From positions 4,296,399 through 4,360,398 of the forward strand of contig MU053934.1 in NCBI GenBank assembly GCA_013239625.1: a DNA stretch of 64,000 nucleotides, written 5' to 3'. A program made the position numbers and the translations under genes. Under the pieces are notes generated by a model. That model worked only from the letters and a program-made list of their open reading frames with translations, was not told where the DNA came from and did no database searches. Every line of letters starts with the position of its first letter. Positions within the stretch are counted from its first letter, which is position 1. Shown here in pieces: positions 40,986 through 53,459 of the stretch. Source of the stretch: Lama guanicoe (Eukaryota).

Positions 40986-43900
40986 AGCATGTGTTCTAAT
41001 TGTTTATCTCAATCTTCCTTCCTCTGGCAGCAGGGATGCCTCAATCATCTTCCTTGGTCAACCTGTTGGAATATCCTCAAAGGCAGGAGTTCGGCAAATG
41101 GTGAAAGGCAGAGGAGTCGCACACCGTGTGTGCCAGTTCAAGGGGGGCATCTATCAGTAACCCCCATCCCAGGAATCCCCCAGGAAACCGTTCTGCAGTG
41201 TCTCCCAGCCTTAAGTCAGTGCAGGCATCCAGGTCTTTGAATTTTCCCCATTTCCAAGATTACTTAATCTGTAGTGACTTCAAGTGCTGATTTCGTTGGC
41301 TTCCTTTCTCAGCAGTCTAGATTTCTTTGTAGGTTTTGGGAATTTGGGTCTGCAGACTTATTTTGAGAGGAAGCTGTTTTGTTTCTGTTTCTCTGCCTTT
41401 TCCCCCACCTCTCTCCCTCCCAATTGCCCTCTCTGACAGCATCTTTCAGTCGCTGGGTCTTTGAGCCCTAATCTTGATCCCTCGTCACAGCAGTAGCTCA
41501 GGTGGTTACTGTTCTGTTGTTACACTGGGCGATGACTGATCTAATTACAGAGCAGTGGGAGGTTGGCACAGCCCCTGGTCACAAGGTTTCTATTTCCCTC
41601 CTTTCCTCCCACCCCAGCTTCCAGTTCTTCTTTTCACAAACAGGGGACAATCCAGCCAAGATCCAAGACTTCGAAAAGTGAGCCTGGACCCTGTCCTCAT
41701 TTTGTGAGCAGTCCTTGGGGACAAAAAGAAATTGGCTGGATTTCCCTCCAGGCACACTCTAAGCATCGTCAGTTTTTCTCTTCTCCATCTATTTTGAGTC
41801 TTTCAGGTTATTTTCTTCTCTATGATTTCTTTTCTTTTCTTAATTATGTTTTTCCCCCTTTTTGTGTTTTATGATCATCTTGGTAGAGTTTACACAGGAG
41901 TATGAACTGAGTACACGTGGTCACCTCAACTGCCAGTCTGTACAATCATTTAAAACTCTGTTCTTCAGTCTACATAGATTTTGGTTAAGAAAACACTGGA
42001 TGGATAATTGATTTAGAGACTTTTCTATACGAAGGATTAAAGTTTTCACTAGCAGATTTAACAGGGGTGGAAGGACAGGTAGGAATCAAAGCTGAGTTCA
42101 CACTGCTAGCCTAAGGTACCGGAGTTTAAGAATCCAGGATGGCGAAGCAGATTTTGGAGGCAAAGACAGAGAGGTGAGATCTGAGGCTTGAGACAGAAGG
42201 AATGGAGGACAGAGAGAGAGAGAGTGGAGTGGCCCAGACTTCGTGCTTTTCAAGGCCTGCAGTGAGGGGGTAGGAAGAGGAAGGAATGTGTTAGTCAAGG
42301 AGTTCTGCTATGAGAGGCATAGCTCTAAAGGCGGAGTCTCAGGGAGGGAAAGCTCACCTCCTGGGTGCCGCAGACAGGCCAGTAGAAAAGGCTCAGCCCT
42401 GTACTGGGCTCGGCTCTGGGTGTCCCTTGCTGGGGCACTCCTCCATGAACTTCTGCACCTGAAAGTCACTGACTAACGTGAATGGAGGCTTAAAGCAGAA
42501 AAGCACTGTGACTTGGCTTGGCTTAGGAGTTGCTCTTAGGCAAATCCACAAATGCCCCATCCCTTTACATCTGCTTAGCCCAGAAGCTGACAGTTGGGGC
42601 TCACCTTTCCCCATGCATAGGTCCAAATGGAAAGTAGTTCTGAGTATTTTTGGTTTTCAGAGCCATCTTCCAGCCCCCGAGAGGAGGGTTGTCATAATTC
42701 ACAGCACAAGTGCTGGTGTAGATCCACGTACTCCAGCAACAGGAGCCAAACCTATGAGGGGCAAGGAGGTTCTGCCATCAGACGGGCTCTTGTATGGGCG
42801 CAGTGAGGCCCTGGGCGATTAGGACTCACCTGTCTGGACCAGGTGGAGCCCATGTGGAGCTGTTCGTGGTCCTGAATCACAGCTGCTAGTCTCTGTTGCA
42901 CTGTTACTCTACTTTCTACTGGGGCAGTGGTGACCCCTGTTCAGTCTCTTTCAGGAGTTGGGAATCAAGTGAGTGAGGATGTAAGAGATAGAGAGAAGAG
43001 AGAAAAACAGAGTCCTTCGGAGAATCCTGCTGTTGAGACATTTCCAGGGAGAAGAAAATGGGACTATTACTTGTGATCGGCATTTACAAAGTTTTACAGT
43101 CACCAAGACCTCTGGGAAGTTAGGAAGCACATGATCCCACCATTTCCCTTTGATGGTAAATTTATATGTGAAGGCAGAGACACAGGACTGTGAATTTCTG
43201 GAGTTTGGGGTTCATGCTGGATTCCCTTATCACCTTCCAGTGTATATGGCAGGTGTTCAATAGGTGTTGAATTGATAAGAAGTTAAGAGAAAGAGTGTGG
43301 ATTAGGTACTCAGAATCAGTTTTGCTTTCATCCCTGCCCAGCAAAGGGGCTAACATTTGACATTCAATTGTTTCAGCCATTTGATATTAGGTTCATTAGT
43401 TTGATCGTCATGAGAAATTCATTACAAATTTCCCAGTCAATAATCAGTCTCATAAGGCAAGCCTCCTGAGTGAGATCTCATTGCTCCCATGAGGTGAGTC
43501 CAGGGCTCAAATTCAGGTCTTGCTGACCCCAAAGGCCATGGTTTTCCCATCATCATTGGCTACTTTCTTCTTATGCAAGGAGAGAGACATAAATACCACA
43601 AGGGGAAAATGGGCTTGTAGTCTGTACAGGTATCTAGTTTAATGTCTGGAGATCATGTTAAAAGGTTAGGAAGCTGGTTTTGTGATGGCAACTATTGCCG
43701 ATCAGGGTTTGGGGCCAGGAGCTTAGGTCTAGGGTTGGGGGTCAGGGAGAGGATGGTCTCAACCCAAGGCCCAGGGGTTTTCCCCATCTCAGTGCCTCAT
43801 GCATGTTCCAGCTTCAGACAGCAAAAGTAATGAGTAACTTCCAATGACAGAGGAAGTCACTAGGAGAGCCAATAAAGACACAACAGATCTGGCAGGGGAA

Positions 43901-44739
43901 CAAATACAGCTCAGGTGAGGTGCTAGGAGGCTTGGTCTAAGCTACACCAGGTGCTTTTCTCCAGCTCCTGGATAAATCAGCCTGGCAGTCACCCAGACTT
44001 TAGTCAGATCCAGAGGTGCAGCCAGCTCTGGATCCGCATCAGGCTAGCTCTCTCCTCGTGTCATCAGGGAACGGAGTTTTTTCTAGTCTACAGGGAGCTT
44101 ATCCTGATTCCACGTGGTCCACCTGAGTGCTGCCCTTCACTAACTGGGCAGCATAGCCCTACAAACTGCCTTCAAAAGGTATACTTAGAGGAGGATGCCA
44201 GAATGCCTTTCAAAGGATCTGTAGACATGCGTTGAAGTACTTACAGAGCCAGTGTCCCCTTTGCTGCAATCTTCCCTCCTCCCCCACCCTGTGGGCCCCC
44301 GCAGGCTTCCATGGCTAACTGGAAACCCGATGCAAGCTGAACCAATCAGATTCTCTCTTCTGTAGACTTAGACTTATGAGACAGTGCTTCTCCTAGGTTA
44401 GCTTTGGCTGCTGGACCTGGAAGGTCAGGGAGTCCTGGGACTGGGGGGCATTTTGGGACAGGCATGATAGCTCTTGTGCAAAAAGAGAAGCCAGACTGAT
44501 GAGGGAAGAAACGAAGGAACAGCAGAAGGAAAAGCAGAAACAGAGAGGATGAGGGAGAGAGAGGTGCTGCCTCGAGGGCAGCCTGCAAGCTTTGTGGGGC
44601 TGGTGCCCAGTCAGCATAGAGGTCAGAACAATGGCACAGCATAAACTCTGGCCTGACGCTTCCAGCTCTCTCCCTGCCACTTACTGACTCCATTTCCTAT
44701 GAGGGGAACGGATGAAGGAGAGTTTTATTGGGGGTATGA

Positions 44740-46560
44740 ATTTGTAATAGTCATTCAAGCATTTGCTATTTAGGAGAACGTAGAATTGCAAAGCATATTC
44801 ATTAGGTATTAGGTCCTTGAAGCATCCTCTTAAGGCATGTTCCTCCAAGTTTTCACACCACGGATCACCAATTTACATCAAAAAAAAAGGCAAAGTGTCA
44901 TCAATGATTTTAAATTACAAGACGAAACAGTATTTTAAACGTTAAGAATAATTTCGTACTAGTAAGATGGCCCTCCTGCCCTCCCTGCTGTTCTTTGCGG
45001 GCCTTTTGCCTTTAGACCGGGGGTGGAGCAATCAGTGGGTTCCACCCCCGGCCACACTGTGATCGGTTCAGAAGTGGACATGTGACCTAAGCCTTTCCAA
45101 TCAGTGTGAGTCTCAGGACTTCTGGGAACTGGGGGGGCCACAGCTACTCTCTGCGGGTCTGAGTGTTGGGGTGAACGTGAGGGACTTGGTGCTGCCAGAA
45201 CCATTTTCCATCACAGTGAGGGGCGGAGGGGGGGGACAGTCAGAAAAGACGCCAAGGAGGAGGACAGAGCCAAGGCACATGCAGTGAAATGGAGCCAGCT
45301 CTCTGGCATCACAAACGATATAATTAGTTCCATTTATTGTTTAATCCATTTGGATTTAGGTTTCTGTCGTCCCTGACTGAGTGTACACTGACCCGTATAC
45401 TACCTGCTTTTTTTTCTCTCACCGCTTGCTAAAAAGATATGCATTTACCTTTACCAGGATTTGATTTTTGTTTTTGTTGTTTTATCTCCCTTTAATCCTG
45501 AATCAGATGCATTTTGTTGACCATTAACTCTTTTCTGTGAATAAGGCAGCATGTAAAAGAGCAAACTCTTTTTATTCACAGAGCAGAACCCTTGCTTACG
45601 ACGGCCGTGGCTGCTTCAACTCTGGCACCCATCCCAAAATACCATTTCTAGCACATGACTCACAAAGTAAATAGTCTATAATTGAGAAGCCTCTTATCAT
45701 TATTTTGGCACCACCAACAAAATGACAAGCCAGGCAGCATTTTTCCTTCACATTTGAACCCTGTATATGCCAAGGTCTTGCTTCATATCCCACACGTGGG
45801 CAGGTTTGGCTTGCTGAAAAGGGGAGTATCTGCTAGTATGTGTATGCACTAATTGCTTTTCTACTTTGTGTATTCTTGAGGTTGTGTAATGTCCAACAGT
45901 GTTATCTGATAAAGGAGTTTTGTCAATGGTTCCTTTGGCCCTCTCCAAGCAGAGTCTTTATCACTATTTTTGCAGCTGGTTTACAGCCTTCTTGGTAATT
46001 GTGTGACTGACTTTTATGTGCATTTTTTAAAGAGAGCAGCAGCTTAGAACCATGCCTCTGTAGCTTTGGTCTCCTCTGCACTTTTAGCAACAAGGAAAAT
46101 TAATCGCACGTTAGAAAGCATTATTTTGTATTTGTTCTCGAAAAACTGGATTGGTCACTTTAGGGGAAGATAATGGAGCCCTTTTTTATGGCTCCAGACT
46201 GCTATTTATCAAAGTTTTAATTTTAATGGTAACATATGGAGGACTAGGGGCAACGGACAGCTGGTCCAGTAAATGAAATTTGCAAATATTTTTCACTCAA
46301 CTTACATTCACAGTTTTCATTTTTGGCTACATGTGTAAAATCATCACCCAAGAACCTATCCTAGAATATGCAGTTTCATATCTCATAGATTCACTTGAGA
46401 ACTATTTGTTCATTAAGCTTACCGTGTTCTTCTGAGGATGGTTCTGCCATTTTCATCATTACTTTACCTTTGAAGAACCTCTTTCAAACCACTGATCCAT
46501 TTCGGTGAACTGGAGATAAAAACAACCTCACAGTGACCACAAAAATTCATAAATAGCAAA
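44740..46560 (-). mobile_element. hAT/Charlie (Buster-like) DNA transposon fossil with a degenerate transposase, interrupted by an LTR-like piece at about 44960-45390
   Basis: The minus strand starts ATGGATCAGTGG (MDQW) at 46500. Recognisable blocks are SHTITKKAV/PAAKIVIKTLLGE, TIDKTPLSDNTV and CCLIHRKELMVNKM (hAT CxxH motif). Many stops and frameshifts. Confidence 0.75.
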
Positions 46561-47030
46561 CAACTTACAAGCAAGAAGCCCTATGCCAGTCTGACTCTTG
46601 TTACTTTCTAGGCAATACATCACTTCTAACTGGTAGCTTTTAAGATTCTATTTTTATTCCTGGTGTTCTGAAGCTTCACAGTGGCATTTTTTGGTGCATT
46701 GTGTGAGAGGGCAAGAGAGAAGGTGGTGGTGGTGGAGGCAGCTGGGTGAGAGCAGGCAGGTCTTTGAAAAATATATCAGAACTGTGAGACCATTAGTACT
46801 TTGTCTTAAGTCTCTTCCCTTCAGTTCTCACCTTTCTCTGCAAGCTTTTTGCTGTTTTATTGGCCAGGAGGTGGCTGGTAGGTAAGGTGTGTAAGGACCA
46901 CATCAGGTAGGCGCATGCTCTGTGCTATGCCGACTCATACCTGTGCTGAGCTGGGACAACGATGCCAACTTCTGCCAGGTTGTGGCCCTCGGTCCTTTTA
47001 CATGGAACTAGGATAGAAAAATAACCTAGA

Positions 47031-47155
47031 TGTAGTAACCTATAATGGAAAAAAATATGAAAACAAATGCATGTATGTATATGTATGACTGAAATATTAT
47101 GCCGTACACCAGAAGTAGACACATTATAAACTGACTACACTTAAATTAAAAAAAA
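47031..47155 (+). mobile_element. Very short L1 3' terminus with A tail and TSD
   Basis: tgtagtaacctataatggaaaaaaatatgaaaac...ctgactacactt plus an A tail. 16-bp TSD agaaa(a/g)ataacctaga at 47015-47030 and 47156-47171. Confidence 0.85.
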
Positions 47156-47815
47156 AGAAAGATAACCTAGAAATAAGACAAATGTAGCCTCTTTCTAATG
47201 ATCGTATCGCTTTTCCTTTCCTTGTTTTATTTACTGGCTCAGATCTTCACAAAGAAGATGGCTAAGCACGGTGATATGGTGATGGGATGGCCATCAGGGC
47301 TACTTCAGAACATTCCCATTATCCTTCCCCCGGTCCGTGGTGAGGTTCCACTTTCCCACACCTTTGAGGTTAAACGTGAGAGTGTGGTTTGCTTTGGTCA
47401 ACGAAATGAGAGCAAAAGTGACACATCAGTTCCATCCAGGCAGAAACTTTAAGAGCTGGAGAGTAATGTGCATTGTCTCTGTCAGGTTGCTGAGCGATCA
47501 GGTGGAGGCTCGGTGGCATCAGCCTGCATCGCGGAGGCTGGCGAGGACTACAGGATAGACTGTCCCCTACCCTTTACCGTGCCCGGTGAACTTAAGCAAG
47601 AAAAAGACTTTTCATTGATTTAAGCCACTGAGACTTCGAGGACTCATTGCCCCTGCAGCATAACTAGCCCCTTCTGACCCAAACATGTGGGTGCACATCT
47701 AAACAAAAAGCATGGATCCCTTTGCCAGATTCGCTTTCCGAAAGCTTACCCTGACCGGCACCCCGCAGAGTCCACGTGCGTGCCTGCCCTCCTCCGCCGA
47801 TTCCCCAAGGCCTCC

Positions 47816-50800
47816 TTTTTTTTTTTTTTTAACAGAAGACACCCGTGTATTTTCAAGCTTTAATTATCCTAATCGCCATTCTTTCATTTTCTGTTCGTCA
47901 ATCACACACCCAAAATCAGGGAGATTCTCAGTAGACCACTCTATTGGTATGGATTTTCAACAAGCAAGACTAGTCCTAACAGCATTTTTTAACAAAACTG
48001 AAGCTAATGTTGGGTCTCCCATGGTAAATAAAATACAAGGACTTACGCAATATTCAGAGATTTCCGGTGCGCGGCGCTGCTGCGCAGTTGGCCGAGTCTC
48101 TCGTGGCGCGAGCTTGGCTCTACCTGCGTGGCGATGGGAGTGTCACGGGGCGCCGGGAGGGCGGCGGCGTGGGGGGCCGGCTGCAGCCCGGGCTCATGGG
48201 AGAGCGGCGGAAGCCCACCTCCGCCCCTCGCACCCCAGGGACCCGCCCTGCCACCCTCCTCGCGGTCCGCGCCCCTGACTCGCCATCGCCCCCTTCGGGC
48301 AGCGACCGGAGCAGCAGCGCACTGGGTACCCGTCACCGCACCCAGGCCAGCGACCGAGCGGCTGGAGGGAGGATGGAGCGGCAGCAAGAGCCTGGCTGTG
48401 CCCTCGGAAGGCAGGTTTTCAGAGTCTGGAGTCAAAGGAAAATTAGGGAATGCACGGACAGATTTGAACAGCACCAAGACTCCAAGACTTCAAAAATAGG
48501 ATTGTTGCTAATACTGAGCGCTGTTACACTGCAGGGAAATAGGGGCTGCTCTTTTGAAAACGAGATCTTGTGCGATAAATGCAGCGCAGGACATATATTT
48601 ATGTTCTTACCTTCACTGAAATATTATAAGATTCGGGGGATTCTGTGACTATGCCAAGGAGGAGAATGATCGCATGTGGAAGATGCAAACACGGTTCTCT
48701 AACGTCATAAATCTGGAAAGCGAGAACCGGGGTTGTTTTCCAGCGATGCAAATGCCACGCCCCTTCCGTCCAGACCACTTGTTTGTGACTCTGCACAGAC
48801 CTCTGGGTCACCGCGAGTGTAAGGGAGGAGTACTGACACCGTGAACAGTCTCAGCCGAGGGAAGCGGCTTAACATCTGAATGACACTTGCAAACTGAATT
48901 TGCCGTGTAGGGTTTTCAAACAATTTGCCCGTTTCCCACATGCTTTGAAACCCTCTTTAAAAACTCGTGTGAAATATTTAAATAGGTCCAAATCATGTTG
49001 ATTGAAAAAATGCTTACATGCCTTAATTGTCCCCCCCCCCCGCTCTCCACTTTATGTTTGGTTGTCATTTTGTTCACAGCATTCAATTTTGGGGGGTCCA
49101 TTTGACATCAGTCTGTGGTTTGTTTCCTAGTGGTCGCTTCAAGTCAGATCCACATACTTCTGGCTACATCCACCCCGACCCCCAGCCTGTTTTCTCTTTC
49201 ACTGTGTTAATGTATTCAGCAACTCCTGCTGTGGCAGGAACTGGTGAAACTGCTCGTTCTTGGGCCTCAAGAAATCTTACATCTATTCCAAAACTTGTTT
49301 CGTAGGATCACTGTCTTAATTTCTAGATTTCAGATTTGGGCTAGTGTTGTATCGTCCAGTATTTATTTTGACAAGTGGTTTCAGTTGCTCTTTTCAGGAA
49401 TCTGTCAACTCATTTGCCTCAATTTTCACAACTAGTATTTTTTCACTAAGCTACCTCCTATGACCATTTCCTCTAAAAACTCAAAAGTAAGTTAACACAA
49501 AGCATAACTCTATAGAGCTGGGGACTTTCAGAGAGGTATTGTTTTAAAAAAAAGGCCGTTGTCATCAGAAGATGTATTCACTCTTTGTTGTCACTGTTGT
49601 TGCATGACTAGTTGACGGTGACTTTTGTAAGGTGAGAGTCAGTTACAGATCTATCAAATTGCAGAGAGGTCCCTTAGATTGCCCCACCTTCTTGAGGTTC
49701 TTGATAGATACTACCTCTCCCGTAACTAATTTAGGGGGCACTGTAATGTGCTTTGAAATAAGGATTTTTTGTCTTCTCTCTACCTTTATACTTAACTTGA
49801 AAGCTAGAATCCTATGCAAAATACACAGATACCTTTTCTGAAATCCCAACCCCCCCACACTTCCCCCAACCAGGCTAGAAATGAGGTGGGAGGAAAGTCC
49901 TTTGAGTAAAGTGTGGGATGGGAGAGTGAGAAGGACCACTCTGTAGGAGATTAAACTTTCTGTGAATATTGTAACTGGTACATAGTGAGTAAAAAGGAGA
50001 AAATAAATATGGTTAAAATATTTTGCTCTACAAGTTGTTAACCTTTCAAAAATATAATTGCTACTAAACACTGAGCACTGTTGTTACACTAAAGGAAAAC
50101 TGGTGTCACGGGTTTAGATCTTGTGCCTTAAATGTAGCTGAACTAAGTATGAACTTTACTTTATGAATTAATGCTCTTAAAGAAATGAGTAAACTTTTAA
50201 TAACCACAGACATAGTTTCATTCTAAATCATATAGTGTGATCAAATATGATCATCCAGAAGTCTGCTATGTTTCTTTGTACAGAAAGTGATGTGTTCTGG
50301 GTGTTGTATTTTGTGTTTTGTGTTTTTTTTTAAAAGCAAACATTTAAAATCCCACAAATTGACCTTTCCTATTAATTTTTAATGGACCAAGATTTTTTTC
50401 CCCCAGTAATCCCTCAAATTTCTTTAAGATATATACCCACAGCACAGCAGAGAATCTAGATTGTCTTTGTATGTAAGACTGCTTCCACCTGAAATACTGT
50501 CATAAGCAGTATTTGAACTTGGGGTTCATCTGGTACATGATATTCTTAGAGGTAGTAATACATAATCCTGTTTTATATACTCTTGAGCTCTTCATTTGAC
50601 ATACAAAATATACATAGTATTGATGTTAACCATTTCTCAAAAATTAAAATTTGTTATAAAATAGTCTTCGGTCATTTGGACTAAGTAGTGTCACTTGGGT
50701 CAGGATTTTTCTTTTTTCAATTCCATGTAACAAACAACTGGCTTGAATCTATGCAGCTTGCAAAATTCCTGAGTCTTCTATTTGTATGAGCAACAGAAGA

Positions 50801-51039
50801 AGTTATAGCTGTCACATTTTGAATTTGTGGTTCTTGTTCACTGTACTTCTGGAGCCCAGTCTAGCAAAGTTAGACCCCAAACAGATTTGTTTTTCTTAAG
50901 AGAATAAACCAAAAATTTCAGGCTTAAAGAGTCAACACTGCTATAAACTAGCTCGAGCCTCCAAAATTTGCAGTGTTGGGACTGTCATTTGTGTTTTTTG
51001 CATGGTGGCTGAATGAAATTGGACGGCTAACTTTGCAAT
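47816..51039 (+). pseudogene. NUDT4: NUDT4 (DIPP2) processed pseudogene, rearranged; CDS remnant about 48290-48827 on +, poly(A) end inverted at the left
   Basis: Intronless blocks across frames: GGRMERQQEPG, GVKGKLG, FEQHQD, RTYIYVLTFTEIL*DSGDSV, VEDANTVL*RHK, LFVT, AQTSG, SVR. These match NUDT4 GGGMEPEEEPG, GVKGKLG, FEQNQD, RTYVYVLTVTEILEDWEDSV, VEDAIKVLQCHK, LFVTAAQTSGLPSSVR. GC-rich leader, long AU-rich UTR, frameshifts, broken Nudix box. Confidence 0.85.
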
Positions 51040-51154
51040 CCTAAGGTCCTTTCAAATGAAAAAAAAAAGCAGGACAGAATTTGTTATTGTAAATTAAGAT
51101 TTGCAGACACGAAGTAGAAACTGACATATTTTGTAAACAGGTAACATTTTGCCA

Positions 51155-51348
51155 CTGGAGGGGAAGAGGGTATGGAGAGTTAGTGTTTAACGAGTACAGA
51201 GTTTCAGTTTGGGAAGATGAAGACATTGTAGAGGTGGTTGGTGGTGTTGGTTGCACAACTACGAGGATGTATTTAAGACCACTGATTTGTCCGCTTAAAA
51301 ATGGTAAATTTTATGTTATGTATATTTCCCCACATTTTAAAAAAAAAG
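51155..51348 (+). mobile_element. L1M 3' end fragment
   Basis: gtgtttaacgagtacagagtttcagtttgggaagatga...cttaaaaatggtaaattttatgttatgtatattt plus an A tail. Confidence 0.75.
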
Positions 51349-51905
51349 TCCTCTGTGTCCTGGCTTCGCTGCCAGCTCAGCCCTATCCCACCCTTCTTGG
51401 CCCTAAGGTCACCTACTAGCAGCATCAGTGAGCTGAGTGCTGACCACACTCCTCCCGCTCCCTGCTTCCACTTGCTTCCCCATCTTCACTCTGCTCTGCT
51501 CCTTGTCTGCAGTGCCTTCCTCTTCTCCTTTGCCTGGTTCATTCCTGGGCCCCTACCCTCCCTCATCTTTCTGAACTAGGAAGTGGACATTCAGGAATCA
51601 CAGCCTTATGAAAATCAGCCTTGGGAGTCCATTAGGGATCTAAGTGCTCCTTCCTCTGTCCTTTTTATCTGCAGTTAAGTAGCAGGTGAGTCAGAGGGTA
51701 CCCAGGGAGGTTCTGGGACCCCTGGAATTCTTGGCATTTACCTTGGGCCTGTGTGGCCACAGCAGCTGCGATACAAACTTCCCCTTGGCTCCCAAGCCTC
51801 ACACCCTGCCTGCCCACTCCCCTCCCCAGCACTTCCAGTGGAGAGGGGGCGAGGCGCAAGCTGCCGAGGTGTCAGGGTCTTGGGAGGTCTTGGTGATCTT
51901 GAAGG

Positions 51906-52262
51906 AGGTTATAGACTGAATGTTTGTTTCTCTAAAATTCGTACATTGAAACCCTACCCCCGCCCCTGCCCCCTACGTTATGGTGTTAGGAGGCTGAGTC
52001 TTTGGGAGATAATTAAGGTTAAATGAGGTCATGAGGGTTAGTGCCCTTGAAAGAATCACCAGAGAGCTTGCTTACCCTCTACTCTCTGCCACGTGGGGAT
52101 ATGAGAAGTCAGCTTTCTCCAACCCAGAAGAGTCTTACCCAACAACGCTGGCACCTTGAGCTCAGACTTCCAGCTTCCAGAACTGTGAGAAATAAATTTA
52201 TGTTGTTTATAAGCCATCCAGTCAATGGTATTTTGTTATAGCAGACCAGACAGATTATAACA
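51906..52262 (+). mobile_element. MLT1A/MST-type MaLR solo LTR
   Basis: gttatagactgaatgtttgt...gacttccagcttccagaactgtgagaaataaatttatgttgtttataagcca...tattttgttatagcag. Confidence 0.8.
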
Positions 52263-53459
52263 AGGGAAAACCATGCCATCTTGGGGTGTGGAGTTTAAAG
52301 AATTTAGAACCATGAAGCATAGAATTTGGTGCTAAGCCACGCCTGTCTCTTCTCCTGGATTCCCGCAAAATTGGACTTTTGCTGACACCGGGTTTTGAAG
52401 GGGCCAGGCGCCAGCGAGGCTGGGCTGATGTCACCTCTCTGTTGCTGCAGCCAGAAGCACAGGTTGGTAACACTCTGTCCACAGGCCTTGAGGTGTTAAA
52501 AGTGGAAACAAAACTCACCTTGATAGAAAAGATCCGAAGAGGTAATAAAAAGGGAAGCACTGTCTGTAGGTGAACATGGCTTCTGTTCTTCAACTTCTGG
52601 CTCAGAGGGAGGGTGGGTGGCCCGGGCTGTGCTGGAGAAGACCTAGGGAGAGGCCAGGAGGAAAGGAGGGGCTCTCTTGGGAAGGGACCAACTTCACCCA
52701 CCAGGAAGCCCTGGGAAGCAGAGAAAAGATGACACTGCCTGGAGAGGGGCAAGGGGACCTGAGCCTCACCTTGGACTCATCCCTCTACATAACCCCTACT
52801 TTCCCTTCTTTGCAACTTCCTGCTCCCTGCCTCTCCTCACACAAGGGACGAGGCCACGAGGGCAGGGTCAGGGGTGGACATGCTAATGTGCAACGCTCTC
52901 CAGAGCCCAGACTGGGTTTTACTGAAAACCCTTCGCTGGGACAACCAACAAACCCTGACTCATCATCATTTTGGGTCCAGTTTTTAGGGGTTCATCTCCT
53001 ACCACCTTGTCTTCTTTCACTGTGTTGTTTTGTTTTTCTTTACAAAACCTGGGAACAGGAGTGAGGTTTATCCTGTCACACTAGGTGAAACAGTGCTTTG
53101 CTGTTCTGTTTCCGATGTGGGGCTCTGACAGTTGGCTCTGGTCCAGAATTCCTTCTCCCAGCCATGTATTTACAGGCGGTATTCGATGCCCTGGTGGACT
53201 TTGGCCTTGGCAGCCTAAACCTGGCTCTCCCTATCTCTGTCAGCCTGGAACCTTTTCTTCTGCAGTGGCTTTATTAGCATTTCATGATTCATGAAGTACT
53301 TGCTTAATGAAACAAGTAACACAGCGATATCTCATGGGAAAGTTTAGAGTCTCTCTTAACACCAATCTTCCTCCAACACTCTCTAATCTCCCTCTTCTGC
53401 ATAGGAAAAAATAATTTGTGTTTCATTTTTCCATAATAATGGAATAATTTAATAAACAA

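Noticed and set aside
48067..48827. Functional NUDT4 retrogene
   Set aside because: The start region is eroded, Nudix-box glutamates are lost, and there are frameshifts, stops and a UTR-derived insertion.
50903..51068. AATAAA (50903-50908) and A-run (51059-51068) as the retrocopy's poly(A) end
   Set aside because: The signal is about 150 bp from the A-run and I saw no convincing TSD for that model. The left T15 with ATTAAA fits better, though this is not fully excluded.
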